The translations under genes were made by a program, and so were the position numbers. From IMG/VR virus record IMGVR_UViG_3300030330_001337, positions 1 through 49,568 of that record: 49,568 bases of DNA; one strand, given 5' to 3'. The notes below the pieces were generated by a model. It saw only the letters and a program-made list of their open reading frames with translations, did no database searches and was not told where the DNA came from. Below are positions 6,547 to 16,390 of this stretch, piece after piece. Within the stretch, counting starts at the first letter, position 1. Each line of letters starts with the position of its first letter. The stretch comes from a virus. Taxonomy: Duplodnaviria > Caudoviricetes.

Positions 6547-9012
6547 ATGTACGGTAACACACAAAGTAATAAAAAAGGTGGTTTCCCAGATCCGCTTGCT
6601 CCTGAATCAGAAAAGGAAAGCAAGGATTATGGTTTAAGGTACGCTAAGGCTATTTACAATCAATGGTCTTCAGGAACACAGGGAAGCACGCTAATTAGAA
6701 AGCGAAAAGATACCTTTGTAAAGAACAGAGCATACGCTAGAGGTACGCAAGACACAAGTATCTATAGACAGCTTCTAACAAGTTTAGATCCAAATAATGG
6801 AGATGGAAGTTTTTTAAACTTAGACTTTACTCCTGTACCGATCTTACCTAAGTTTGTTAGAATCGTTGTAAACAAGATCTTATCTAGAGAACCCTATCCG
6901 AATCTAGAAGCTGTTGATCCTATCTCTTCTTCAGAAAAAGAAAGAGAAAAGAAAAAACAAGAAGCTCTTGTAAGTGCAAAGAAAGCTTTACAAAACATAA
7001 AAGATAAAACTGGAGTAGATGTTGCTGATGTAGAAAACATACCAGATACTTTAGAGGAAGCTGAGATCTTCATGGATACTCAGATCAAAACGTCTGCAGA
7101 GGTAGCTGCACAGATAGCTACGAATATGACGTTAAGTTGGAATGATTTCCACGACAAGGTTTACAGACGATGTGTTAATGACATTGTTACTTTAGGGATG
7201 GCTGTTGTAAAGAGAGAGAATGACCCTAACTATGGTATTGTAACAAACTATGTAGACCCTATAGATTTTATACATAATGATGTAAAAGATCCTGGATTTA
7301 GTGATCTTATCTATGCTGGTCATATTAGACGAATGCCAATACACGAGCTTCGTAGAATATCAGCTGGAGAACTATCAGAGGAGGATCTAGAAAGTATTGC
7401 TAAAAAAGCTCAGAAGAAGTATGGATATGATTCATCAGGAATGAGCGCACACTCTTATGATACTAGACATAACAGACCAACGTTTGCTTATGACAAGTAT
7501 GTAGTAGAGGTTCTAGACTTTGAGTTTATGGCTGTCGATAAAATGCTTTTTGAAGAAAAAGAAAGTAAGCACGGCAACATGGGCTTCTATCAAAAGAAAG
7601 AAGGGTATACGCCGCCAGAAAACTCAATGTCTGTTAGGGTAATGAGAGAGATGGATAACGCTACAGTTTATGGTGGCTGCTTTGTTATGGGGTGCGATAA
7701 GATATTTAACTATGGTAAGAAAACAAACTTACCTAAGAATCTTCATGATTTATCTCGTGTAAATCTTTCTTACTCAGCTGTTGCTACAAATATTGAAGAT
7801 ATGATTCCAAAGTCTATGGTTAATAGCTGTATAGGCTTCGCAGATCAACTTCAGCTTACTCACTTGAAAATACAACAAGCTGTTGCTAAGGCTAAACCAG
7901 ATGGAATCATTATTGACATAGAGGGTTTAGAAAACGTACAGTTAGGTAAAGGAGGTGAGCTTCAACCGTTAGAGCTGCACGATATATACGAGCAGACTGG
8001 TGTATTCTACTACAGAAGTAAAAATCCAGAAGGAGGTTTCCAAAACCCACCTATTAGAGAGATAGGCAACTCTGTAAGAAACATCAATGAGTTTATTGGA
8101 TTGTACAATCACTACCTACGTATGATTAGAGACGCAACTGGAATCAATGAAGTTATGGATGCTTCATCTCCAAAGGGCGATGCTCTTGTAGGTGTTAGAC
8201 AGCAAGCCATAGCTGCAGGTAATAACGCTATATACGACATGACATACTCTTCGATGGTTTTATTTAAGAAGGTGTGCTCAGATATAGTAAAGTGCCTACA
8301 GGTTTTACCAGAAGATTCATCTGTGTTTAGGGCTTATGCAAACGCTATAGGCGAAACAAACATGAAGGTTATTACTTCTTTCAAGGATCTATCTATGTAC
8401 AACTTTGGTGTACAGGTGGTTAAAGAGATGGAAGATGTTGAAAAACAGTATCTAGAACAAAACATTCAGATAGCTTTATCTCAAAAAGAATTAGATATAG
8501 AAGACGCTATGGCTATACGACAGCTCAAAGATGTCAATCAAGCAGAAAGACTTCTTGTTGTTCGTAGAAAAAAGAGAATCGCTAGAAACCAGCAGATGGT
8601 TCAACAAAATACTCAAATGCAAGGTCAAGTCCAAGCACAATCTGCTCAAGCTGCATCACAAGCTAGACAGCAAGAAATGCAAATGGAGGCTCAGATAGAT
8701 GCTCAAAAAATGCAGATGAAAGCTGAGTTAGAGATGCGTATGGAGATGGCTAAGCATGAAATGAGAAAAGAAATAGAACTAATTAGAGCTCAAGCTACTT
8801 TAGGATTTAAAACTGATGAACAAGAGTTTAAAGAAAAACTTGAAGTATTAAAAGAAGACAGAAAAGACACTAGAGTTAAAAAGCAAGCTGTAGAGCAAAG
8901 TAAACTTATTTCTCAAAGAAAAGGAGTAAGAGCAGAGCTTGATGAAGTTCAAGAGGAAGAGGCTTCACCAGAAAGTCGAATCGATGAAATAGTTAATAAT
9001 ATTATACAATAA
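6547..9012 (+). CDS. Portal protein
   Basis: 821 aa right after TerL; P22/crAss-like layout with long Q/E/M-rich C-terminal coiled-coil barrel. Confidence 0.88.
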   Translation: MYGNTQSNKKGGFPDPLAPESEKESKDYGLRYAKAIYNQWSSGTQGSTLIRKRKDTFVKNRAYARGTQDTSIYRQLLTSLDPNNGDGSFLNLDFTPVPILPKFVRIVVNKILSREPYPNLEAVDPISSSEKEREKKKQEALVSAKKALQNIKDKTGVDVADVENIPDTLEEAEIFMDTQIKTSAEVAAQIATNMTLSWNDFHDKVYRRCVNDIVTLGMAVVKRENDPNYGIVTNYVDPIDFIHNDVKDPGFSDLIYAGHIRRMPIHELRRISAGELSEEDLESIAKKAQKKYGYDSSGMSAHSYDTRHNRPTFAYDKYVVEVLDFEFMAVDKMLFEEKESKHGNMGFYQKKEGYTPPENSMSVRVMREMDNATVYGGCFVMGCDKIFNYGKKTNLPKNLHDLSRVNLSYSAVATNIEDMIPKSMVNSCIGFADQLQLTHLKIQQAVAKAKPDGIIIDIEGLENVQLGKGGELQPLELHDIYEQTGVFYYRSKNPEGGFQNPPIREIGNSVRNINEFIGLYNHYLRMIRDATGINEVMDASSPKGDALVGVRQQAIAAGNNAIYDMTYSSMVLFKKVCSDIVKCLQVLPEDSSVFRAYANAIGETNMKVITSFKDLSMYNFGVQVVKEMEDVEKQYLEQNIQIALSQKELDIEDAMAIRQLKDVNQAERLLVVRRKKRIARNQQMVQQNTQMQGQVQAQSAQAASQARQQEMQMEAQIDAQKMQMKAELEMRMEMAKHEMRKEIELIRAQATLGFKTDEQEFKEKLEVLKEDRKDTRVKKQAVEQSKLISQRKGVRAELDEVQEEEASPESRIDEIVNNIIQ

Positions 9013-9014
9013 CA

Positions 9015-9392
9015 ATGTCTACAACATATCCCACAGTAAACTTAAACACAGCAGGAAGGCTAGATATTATTTGCAGAAGAAATGATTCTTTTCAACTTGT
9101 TTTAGAATTTAACTCTACTATACCAACAAGTGGATGGAAGATGGATGTTGTAACAAAATCTGGAGGTACAGTTGTAATTCCAGACACTGAGTTTAGCTAT
9201 GTTGTTTCTGATGGTGTAGCAACAAACTCTAAACTTACAATATCTGCTCAAGCTGCAGAGATGGTTGCGGCTGCAGGTCTTTATGTTTATGATATTCAAA
9301 ACACTCACCCATCTAGTGATGTGGACGGAGCTGATCTAGTAAAGACTTATTTATTTGGAACATTTAAAGTAGTAGGAGACATTACAACATAA
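9015..9392 (+). CDS. Structural beta-sandwich fibre adaptor (BppU-N-like)
   Basis: LDIICRRNDSF...LTIS...GLYVYDIQ...YLFGTFKV pattern; precedes a fibre gene. Confidence 0.55.
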   Translation: MSTTYPTVNLNTAGRLDIICRRNDSFQLVLEFNSTIPTSGWKMDVVTKSGGTVVIPDTEFSYVVSDGVATNSKLTISAQAAEMVAAAGLYVYDIQNTHPSSDVDGADLVKTYLFGTFKVVGDITT

Positions 9393-9399
9393 GACTAAT

Positions 9400-10497
9400 A
9401 TGGCTATACAAGTTTTAAATTCATCAACAACAACGGTAGACGCTTCGTCTGCTACACCCATAGTAGTTAGTGTAACTAATGTAGGTCTAACTGGTCCTGC
9501 AGGAGCAGATGCTCAAACTTTAAGTGCTGGTACAGGTATTGATATAGTTGGTACAGACATTAGCGTTGATGTATCAGACTTCATGAGTAATGGTGTTGAC
9601 AACAGGGTTGTTACTGCTAGTGGTGCTGACACTATGAATGCTGAAGCTAATTTTACTTTTTCAAATGAAGAGGTTGTTATTGCTTCTACATCTTCCGCTA
9701 AACCAACTTTATCTTTAGCTAACCAAAACTCAGATGCTAATGGTCCAGGATTAATTTTTGCTAAACAACCATTTGGTAGTGCTGCGAATAACGATGTTGC
9801 TGGTACGATTCAGTATCAAGCATTTAATGATGCAAATCAATTAACAGCAATTACATCTATTAGTAGTCAGATAACTAATGTAGCTGACGGGTCTGAAGCA
9901 GGTAAGTATAATATTTTAGTTACAGCAAACGGATCAACAATCCAGCCAGGGTTACAACTTGAAGGTAGCAGTTCAGCAAACCAAGTAGATGTTACAATAG
10001 GAGCAGGTGCTTCTTCGGTGACTACTATATCAGGAAGTGCGTCAACTGGTCAGCTTACATCTACATCAATAGTTAATGCAATTAGCGGTAATACTGCTGG
10101 TGATTTTGGATCTGGTGCTGAAATATTAACAGGTATAAGTAATGACAGCGTAACTGCTGGGTCTATATATGTTTTAAAAAACGGTGTATGGACATTGATA
10201 GATGCTGATGCAGAGGTTACTTCTAGTCAATTAGTTGGTGTTGCAACAGCTGCTGCAGCAAGCTCAGATTCTTCAGCAGGTATGATTATAAAAGGTTGTG
10301 TAACATTAGCTTCTGCATATACAGCAGGAAGCGATAGTGAAGGAGCTCCAGTTTACGCATCAGCAACAGCTGGAGAGGCTACACTTACAGCTCCATCTTC
10401 TTCTGGTCAAATTGTTAGAATACTTGGATTCTCTCTTAATGTAAGCAATAAAAAAATGTTCCTTAACCCAGATAATACATTTAGATCAATATCTTAA
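9400..10497 (+). CDS. Fibre/decoration protein with short collagen motif and C-terminal capsid-cement-like domain
   Basis: S/T/A/G-rich; GLTGPAGAD; LSAGTGIDI repeat; LVGVA...VYAS.TAG..TLTAP...VRILG C-terminal pattern. Confidence 0.7.
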   Translation: MAIQVLNSSTTTVDASSATPIVVSVTNVGLTGPAGADAQTLSAGTGIDIVGTDISVDVSDFMSNGVDNRVVTASGADTMNAEANFTFSNEEVVIASTSSAKPTLSLANQNSDANGPGLIFAKQPFGSAANNDVAGTIQYQAFNDANQLTAITSISSQITNVADGSEAGKYNILVTANGSTIQPGLQLEGSSSANQVDVTIGAGASSVTTISGSASTGQLTSTSIVNAISGNTAGDFGSGAEILTGISNDSVTAGSIYVLKNGVWTLIDADAEVTSSQLVGVATAAAASSDSSAGMIIKGCVTLASAYTAGSDSEGAPVYASATAGEATLTAPSSSGQIVRILGFSLNVSNKKMFLNPDNTFRSIS

Positions 10498-10499
10498 TT

Positions 10500-10808
10500 A
10501 TGGCTAAAAAGAAAGATCCAAGATTAGCAAGAGCAGGAGTAAGCGGATACAACAAAGCTAAGCGTACTCCTAATCACCCTACAAAATCTCACGTAGTTGT
10601 AGCTAAAGTTGGAGACAAAGTAAAGCTTATCAGATTTGGCCAGCAAGGTAAAAGAGTCGGTAGTGTAAAAGGAACTGCAGGCAAACCCAAAAAAGGTGAA
10701 TCAGCAAGAATGAAAGCAAAGCGTAAATCTTTTAAAGCAAGACACGCTAAAAATATAAAAAGAGGTAAACTGTCTGCTGCGTGGTGGGCAAACAAAGTAA
10801 AGTGGTAA
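10500..10808 (+). CDS. Small basic conserved viral protein (DUF5754-like, from memory)
   Basis: KLIRFGQQG...KRKSFKARH...SAAWWANKVKW motif. Confidence 0.65.
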   Translation: MAKKKDPRLARAGVSGYNKAKRTPNHPTKSHVVVAKVGDKVKLIRFGQQGKRVGSVKGTAGKPKKGESARMKAKRKSFKARHAKNIKRGKLSAAWWANKVKW

Positions 10809-10814
10809 AATAAC

Positions 10815-10822
10815 TATCTTTG
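10815..10822 (+). promoter_or_regulatory. -7 box TATCTTTG
   Basis: Consensus box in intergenic gap followed by an A-rich leader. Confidence 0.6.
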
Positions 10823-10838
10823 TAAAAACATAAAAAAA

Positions 10839-11312
10839 ATGGCAAATTATTATTCTGTAACCGTTACACCGACAGTGCTCGCAGGTGCTGCTGATGAAAA
10901 CGATGTTATTTTTAATCCAACAGCAATACCTGGTGCTGTACCTACATTGGGTGGAGCAGCTAAACTTATAAACGTAAACGCAGTTTACTACGATGATTAT
11001 AGAGAAGGGTTTATAGATCTTTACTTCTTTGAAAAAGGAGATAACAATTTAGGTACTTTAGGTGCAGCTATTAGTATATCAGATGTCGATCTTAAAGCAA
11101 ACAAATTTTTAGGCTATCTACCAGTAACCCCTACCATAGTTGGAGATTTGATAGAATCTAGTGCAGTAACACATGACGCAAACGATATGGGAATTATACT
11201 TCAAGCTGCTAGCGGAAGCTCTGACATATTTGTAGCTGGAGTTTATAAAAGCAGAGCTGGACATACTTTTACAGCAGACGGTATAGACTTAACATTCTCA
11301 TTTGAATCTTAA
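10839..11312 (+). CDS. Putative virion structural (decoration) protein
   Basis: Acidic, beta-rich composition; located in head module. Confidence 0.6.
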   Translation: MANYYSVTVTPTVLAGAADENDVIFNPTAIPGAVPTLGGAAKLINVNAVYYDDYREGFIDLYFFEKGDNNLGTLGAAISISDVDLKANKFLGYLPVTPTIVGDLIESSAVTHDANDMGIILQAASGSSDIFVAGVYKSRAGHTFTADGIDLTFSFES

Positions 11313-11318
11313 TAACTA

Positions 11319-11795
11319 ATGGCTACCACAGTAACAAATGCATCTCTTACAGTAACCGTTACAGAGGCTATAACTCTTAACGGTCAGGATTACGGTGCTA
11401 CGAATAGTAAAGTAACAGCCTCAATAAATGAGATTGCAAAAGGCATTGTTACTGTCAATACTGATAAAAATGAAATACTAGGCTTTATAGCTTCTGGCGC
11501 TGCAAAAGGAAGTTTTATAGAAGCTAATGTTAGGTATATAAGAATAACAAACTTAGACGATACAAACTTTGTTGTATTGTTCTTTACAAACGAGAGTTCA
11601 GATGAGTTTGGTGTAAAGCTAGATGCTGGACAGTCGTTTATATTTAACGCAGATAATGTTGGGGGTGTTGTAGATACGTTTGATGCAAACAGCGGAGGTG
11701 CTGCTTCATCAGGACAGCTTGCTGATCTTACGGCAATATCTTCTCAAGCGGATACAGCGTCTGTAGATTTAGAATACTTTGTAGCTTGTGCATAA
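11319..11795 (+). CDS. Putative auxiliary capsid/decoration protein
   Basis: VRYIRITNLDDTNFV...VDLEYFVA jelly-roll-like strand pattern; T/S/A-rich. Confidence 0.65.
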   Translation: MATTVTNASLTVTVTEAITLNGQDYGATNSKVTASINEIAKGIVTVNTDKNEILGFIASGAAKGSFIEANVRYIRITNLDDTNFVVLFFTNESSDEFGVKLDAGQSFIFNADNVGGVVDTFDANSGGAASSGQLADLTAISSQADTASVDLEYFVACA

Positions 11796-11812
11796 AATAA
11801 AATTCGTAAAAA

Positions 11813-12016
11813 ATGAAAGTCGTAAAAAAATATCAAAAGGGAGGTAAGGCCCCAAAACTAACTATTTTAAATAAGTCTGTTATGGTGGACCCACCAAAGG
11901 GTTTTCACTGGATGGAGGAGCAGGGTAGATATTATCTAATGAAAGGTGACTACAAGCCACACCCAGGTGCATCAAAACAAGCTAAGTTTAAGCAGGCCAA
12001 CCATCCGAAAGGGTAA
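11813..12016 (+). CDS. Small basic protein with MKVVKKYQKGGK motif
   Basis: A-rich leader, TAATG coupling to next gene. Confidence 0.75.
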   Translation: MKVVKKYQKGGKAPKLTILNKSVMVDPPKGFHWMEEQGRYYLMKGDYKPHPGASKQAKFKQANHPKG

Positions 12017-12285
12017 TGGCTAAGTCGCCAGCACAACAAGCAGCGATAGCTATTGCTATGAAGAAGGCAGGCAAGAAACCTAAGTCTGCTAAAAAAGGAA
12101 TGAAGTTCAATCCTAAATATACTAGGGGTAGCTCTGATGTATCTAAACGTAAAAAACTTATGGCGCAAATAGCTGCTATATATAAAAAACACAGAGGTAC
12201 AAAAGATAAAAGAAAGAAAAAAGGATTTCCTCCTGCTGTAGCTGCAAGGCTAAAGTCGTTAATGAAGCAAAGAGATAAGATATGA
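12016..12285 (+). CDS. Small very basic protein
   Basis: Translationally coupled on both sides; QQAAIAIAMKKAGKKPK motif. Confidence 0.75.
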   Translation: MAKSPAQQAAIAIAMKKAGKKPKSAKKGMKFNPKYTRGSSDVSKRKKLMAQIAAIYKKHRGTKDKRKKKGFPPAVAARLKSLMKQRDKI

Positions 12286-12494
12286 AAGCTGTTAAAAAGT
12301 ATAAGAAAGGCGGTATGTCTGGTCTTGATGCTGCACAAAAAGAAGTATACCGTAGAGGTCTTGCTGCATATATGAGTTCTGGTAATAGACCAAAAGTGTC
12401 TCAGCATGCCTGGGCTATGGCTCGTGTAAAGAGTGAGTTTGGTAGAAAAGAAGCAGCGAAGATCAGAGCAGGCAAGGGCAAAAAGAAAAAGTAA
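12282..12494 (+). CDS. Small basic protein (DUF5824-like, from memory) with MKAVKKYKKGGM motif
   Basis: VYRRGLAAY...RP..SQHAWAMARV motif; ATGA overlap. Confidence 0.7.
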   Translation: MKAVKKYKKGGMSGLDAAQKEVYRRGLAAYMSSGNRPKVSQHAWAMARVKSEFGRKEAAKIRAGKGKKKK

Positions 12495-12502
12495 TTTATT
12501 TA

Positions 12503-12510
12503 TACATTTG
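12503..12510 (+). promoter_or_regulatory. -7 box TACATTTG for scaffold-capsid operon
   Basis: Consensus box in intergenic gap. Confidence 0.65.
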
Positions 12511-12525
12511 TAAAAAATTTAATTT

Positions 12526-13617
12526 ATGGAAAATCAAGAAGTTACACCAGAAGGTGCACCAGAAGGTGCGTCTTTTGAATTTATTAGCGATGATGTTGTA
12601 CAGCAGGCTCAACAAGCTCAACAAGCTGAACCAGTAGAACAGCCTCAAGAACAGCAAGTTGCTGATACCCAACAGGAGTCAACGGAACCTGTTGCAGAAA
12701 ATATTGAAAATAATGAATCAGAGGTTTCACAAGAAGCCCCTGAAGAAAGCTATACAGACGAAGAAATTGAAGGAGCTGTGTTTAGTTACTTAAGCGAAAG
12801 GCTAGGTACAGACATTAATAGTTTTGATGATTTTTCTTCTTTGCAACAAGAAAGCGAGCTTGATGAGCGAGTAGAAGCTATCTCACGATTTGTAAATGAA
12901 ACAGGTCGTGATCCTAAGGATTGGTTTACATACCAGCAACTAGACTCTTCCGAAATGGATGATCTTACTGCGGTTAAGTTTAAGATGTTATCTGACTACA
13001 ATAACCTAAATGCTGAGGAGCTAGATACGCTTATAACAAGCAAATACAAACTCGATCCAAATCTGCACACAGAAGAGGAGGTTAGACTTTCAAAGTTGCA
13101 GCTTAAGATTGATGCTAAAACTGCAAAGGATCAAATAGAAAATCTGCGTGAACAATACGCAGCACCTTTGAAGGAGGAGCAGCAAGATTATGAATCTCCT
13201 ATTACTGAAGATTGGGTACGTAATATGGCACAAGGACTTGATGAATTAAAAGGAATTGAGTTTGACTTGCCTAGTGGCGAAACGTTTACGTTTGGCTTGA
13301 CAGATCAATACAAAGTAGAGCTAGGGGAGAAAAATGTTCGCCTTGACGAATACTTTGATTCTTACGTGCGTAAGGATGGAAGTTGGGATTACGATAAGTT
13401 AAACATGCATCGTTCCGTTATAGACAACATAGACACGATTGTGCAATCAGTTTATAAACAAGGAATGGCGGATGGTCAACGAGGAATCGTTAACAAAGCA
13501 GCTAACGTAAGCACCAACAGTCCGAATCAAGGAGTCGCACAACCCGAATCAAGCCCACTGGCTGATCAGCTTAGAAATGCTCTAGGCCTCAACAGAGGGT
13601 TTGGATCAAACTCTTAA
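12526..13617 (+). CDS. Putative capsid scaffolding protein
   Basis: Very acidic, disordered N-terminus, helical; immediately upstream of MCP. Confidence 0.65.
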   Translation: MENQEVTPEGAPEGASFEFISDDVVQQAQQAQQAEPVEQPQEQQVADTQQESTEPVAENIENNESEVSQEAPEESYTDEEIEGAVFSYLSERLGTDINSFDDFSSLQQESELDERVEAISRFVNETGRDPKDWFTYQQLDSSEMDDLTAVKFKMLSDYNNLNAEELDTLITSKYKLDPNLHTEEEVRLSKLQLKIDAKTAKDQIENLREQYAAPLKEEQQDYESPITEDWVRNMAQGLDELKGIEFDLPSGETFTFGLTDQYKVELGEKNVRLDEYFDSYVRKDGSWDYDKLNMHRSVIDNIDTIVQSVYKQGMADGQRGIVNKAANVSTNSPNQGVAQPESSPLADQLRNALGLNRGFGSNS

Positions 13618-13647
13618 CTATTAAAACAATTTTAAAAACTTATTATT

Positions 13648-15039
13648 ATGGCATTTGCTAAAGCAAACGCAACGGCTACTAACGTAGGACCTAAAGATTT
13701 TGATGCTACACCAGGGAATTACACTTCTCTAGGATCATTACTTGTACCTACTAAGCCTGATGTGCGTGATTTATACATTCAAACATTCGGTGATCAAGGA
13801 ATCACAGGAATGTTAGACGTAACTGGTGCAAAGCGTTCAGCTGGTTCAGCTGACGAGGTACACTGGTACGAAGAAGGTCGTATGAACAGAAAGCTAGACC
13901 TTACGCTTTCTTCTGGTACGGCTACTATTAACTCAGTTGACGGAGTTGCTCCATCAGCTACAGGAAAAGGTGCTGAAGATTTCGTTCAGCTCAACGATGT
14001 TATCTTACTTTCAAACGATGAAAGAGTTATTGTTACTGGTTCTATCGGAACTGGAGATACTGACACTTTTGTTTGTAAGCAGATGACTGACGATGCTGCT
14101 AGTGACGGAAGTAACTTAACTGGTATTATTATCGGTAATGCTTACGCTCAAGGAACAGGTCAGCCAACGAAGCCATTCGAAATGGACCTAGTGTTACGTA
14201 AGAACCCTTACATCATTGCTAAGGAGACTTTCCACGTTAACGGTTCACAGGCTACTAACATCGGTTGGTTAAACGTAGACGGTCAGTACATGTGGTACTT
14301 AAAAGGTGAGATGGATGCTCGCAGAAAGTTCATGAATACTCGTGAGGCTATGCTAGTATTTGGTCAAACTAAGTCTTCATCTGGAGCTCCTGCTGCAGGT
14401 GGTGTTACTGTAAACGGTACTACTGTTACTGGTTCTGAAGGTTACTTCCAAGCTGTAGAAAACAGAGGTATTGTTTCTGCTACTGCTGCAGACCAAGACT
14501 TCAACACTTTAGCTGACCTTGATTCAATTCTTATTCAGTTAGATAAAGAAGGCGCACCAAAGGAGTACGCTATGTACATTGACAGACAAACTTCTTTGAA
14601 TGTTGATGACATGCTAGCTTCAGGTGTTGCTACACAAAACACAGCTGGTTTAGCTGGTCAGTTCGGTGCATTTAACAATGACGCTGATATGGCTGTACAG
14701 CTAGGATTCAAATCATTCACTCGTGGTGGTTACACTTTCCACAAGCATGATTGGAATCTTCTAAACGGAGAATATGCTGCTGGACACAGCACATACCAAG
14801 GAGCTCTTATTCCTCTTGCAAACGTAGTAGATCCTAAGAATGGTGGTTCTAACCCATCTCTTGAGATGAACTACAAGGCTGCTGGAAACTACAGCCGTGA
14901 GATGGAGCATTGGGTTGAAGGTGGTGGTGTACTAGGATACGCAACTAACGGTGATGACTTAGCTAAGTTCCACTACCGTTCTGAGTGTAACCTATGTGTA
15001 CGTGCTGCTAACCAACACGTTGTTCTTAAGGGTAACTAA
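13648..15039 (+). CDS. Major capsid protein
   Basis: 463 aa; VHWYEEGR E-loop-like segment, GNAYAQGT, G..Q...RG, LGFKSFTRGGYTFHKHDW; strongly biased codon use; followed by hairpin. Confidence 0.88.
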   Translation: MAFAKANATATNVGPKDFDATPGNYTSLGSLLVPTKPDVRDLYIQTFGDQGITGMLDVTGAKRSAGSADEVHWYEEGRMNRKLDLTLSSGTATINSVDGVAPSATGKGAEDFVQLNDVILLSNDERVIVTGSIGTGDTDTFVCKQMTDDAASDGSNLTGIIIGNAYAQGTGQPTKPFEMDLVLRKNPYIIAKETFHVNGSQATNIGWLNVDGQYMWYLKGEMDARRKFMNTREAMLVFGQTKSSSGAPAAGGVTVNGTTVTGSEGYFQAVENRGIVSATAADQDFNTLADLDSILIQLDKEGAPKEYAMYIDRQTSLNVDDMLASGVATQNTAGLAGQFGAFNNDADMAVQLGFKSFTRGGYTFHKHDWNLLNGEYAAGHSTYQGALIPLANVVDPKNGGSNPSLEMNYKAAGNYSREMEHWVEGGGVLGYATNGDDLAKFHYRSECNLCVRAANQHVVLKGN

Positions 15040-15053
15040 TTAACCTGAATGAT

Positions 15054-15080
15054 GAGAGTTGGGCTTAGGCCCTTCTCTCT
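15054..15080 (+). terminator. Stem-loop after MCP (weak terminator or stabiliser)
   Basis: GAGAGTTGGGC-TTAG-GCCCTTCTCTC. Confidence 0.6.
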
Positions 15081-15100
15081 GACTTCACAACAATAAAGAT

Positions 15101-15433
15101 ATGGCACAAAAACATGTATTTCCTTTATTTTTAGATGCAGCAGCACAGCTTGTTGTCAGTGCTGGAGCTTTACCTGTTACAACCAGCCTTGTAAGAGTAA
15201 GCCCTGCTGCTGGAGACGTTTCTTACACAGTTCCTGATGGGACAATTCCAGGCCAGATGTTAGTGATTATAAATGAGGCTTCAGGTAACGATGCAAACAT
15301 TACCTTCACTACTCCACTGGTGGGAGCTGCGGATGTCGTAGCTCTAGACAATACCAGAGAGCAAGTTACAGCTATGTGGAATGGTTCGGCTTGGGTTATT
15401 CTTGGCGGACTAGCACCTACTACTGTATCATAG
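15101..15433 (+). CDS. Putative capsid decoration/head-fibre protein
   Basis: TVPDGTIPGQMLVIIN...WNGSAWVI motif typical of fibre/decoration domains; follows MCP. Confidence 0.65.
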   Translation: MAQKHVFPLFLDAAAQLVVSAGALPVTTSLVRVSPAAGDVSYTVPDGTIPGQMLVIINEASGNDANITFTTPLVGAADVVALDNTREQVTAMWNGSAWVILGGLAPTTVS

Positions 15434-15453
15434 ATACAATTCTGTAAATAATT

Positions 15454-15482
15454 GAGTTTGGGCTTCGGCCCTTACTCTCTTA
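15454..15482 (+). terminator. Stem-loop paralogous to the post-MCP hairpin
   Basis: GAGTTTGGGC-TTCG-GCCCTTACTC with cUUCGg tetraloop. Confidence 0.65.
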
Positions 15483-15512
15483 TAATTTCTAATTTTAATT
15501 AATATTATTTAA

Positions 15513-16325
15513 ATGACTAAAAAAACTATAACCAAGCCTAAGACTAATGGGACGTTAGCACAGGCATCAGCTCCTAAAGTAGAGAGCAAGAAAACTATTT
15601 TTAAACTAAAAGAACAGCCTGTACTTAAAACAAAAGAGTATGAGCTGCTTAGGCCAGGAGGTATAATCTTTATGATGAAAGCAGGTCCTGTATCTGTTTA
15701 TGATGAGGAGACAAACTCAATAAGATCTATTAGATACATACCTCAAGAGAATAGTATTTGGGTAAATGAGCAATCAGCTAAGCCCACAAAAGAACCTATC
15801 TTATTTAACTCAGGTAGATTGTTTGTAAGAAAAGATCAACCAAACCTACAGAGGTTTTTAGATATGCATCCATCAAACGAAGCTAACGGAGGTAATGTAT
15901 TCCGTCACGTTAATCTTCAAGAAAATGCAAAGAAAGATCTTCAGTCAGAGTTTGAGATTGTTGATGCTTTAAATCTTCTTAGAACAAAGCCGCTAGATGA
16001 GTTACTGGCTGTGGCTACTGCTTTAGGTATTAACACAGATAACCCTGCTGACGAAATCAAGCATGATCTTATGGTGAAGGCTAAGAAAAACCCTAGAGGT
16101 TTTGTAGAAGCTTTTGATAATCCAGCTATAGAAACTAAAGCTAAGATTCGTAAAGCTATGAATATGAGTATCATAAAGCACGAAAAAGGTCACGTAAAGT
16201 GGACAGATACAAACAAGCATATACTTGCTGTCGCAGAAGGTAAAGATGCTGTTGATGTGTTTACTAGATACTGCATGACAGAAAACGGATCTGTCGTTTT
16301 AGATGAGATTGTAAGACAGCTATAA
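15513..16325 (+). CDS. Conserved morphogenesis-module protein of unknown function
   Basis: 270-aa ORF between capsid and tail ring genes. Confidence 0.7.
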   Translation: MTKKTITKPKTNGTLAQASAPKVESKKTIFKLKEQPVLKTKEYELLRPGGIIFMMKAGPVSVYDEETNSIRSIRYIPQENSIWVNEQSAKPTKEPILFNSGRLFVRKDQPNLQRFLDMHPSNEANGGNVFRHVNLQENAKKDLQSEFEIVDALNLLRTKPLDELLAVATALGINTDNPADEIKHDLMVKAKKNPRGFVEAFDNPAIETKAKIRKAMNMSIIKHEKGHVKWTDTNKHILAVAEGKDAVDVFTRYCMTENGSVVLDEIVRQL

Positions 16326-16344
16326 TCTTCATACATAATGCAAG

Positions 16345-16377
16345 AAAGGCCTCCCACTGTGGAGGCTTTTTCTTTTT
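16345..16377 (+). terminator. Rho-independent terminator
   Basis: AAAGGCCTCC-CACTGT-GGAGGCTTTT followed by T-rich tract. Confidence 0.85.
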
Positions 16378-16378
16378 G

Positions 16379-16386
16379 TATATTTG
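16379..16386 (+). promoter_or_regulatory. -7 box TATATTTG for tail operon
   Basis: Consensus box 4 nt before ATG 16391. Confidence 0.65.
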
Positions 16387-16390
16387 TATC

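Noticed and set aside
12547-12570. 12-bp tandem repeat CCAGAAGGTGC(A/G)
   Set aside because: Simple PEGA duplication in a disordered N-terminus
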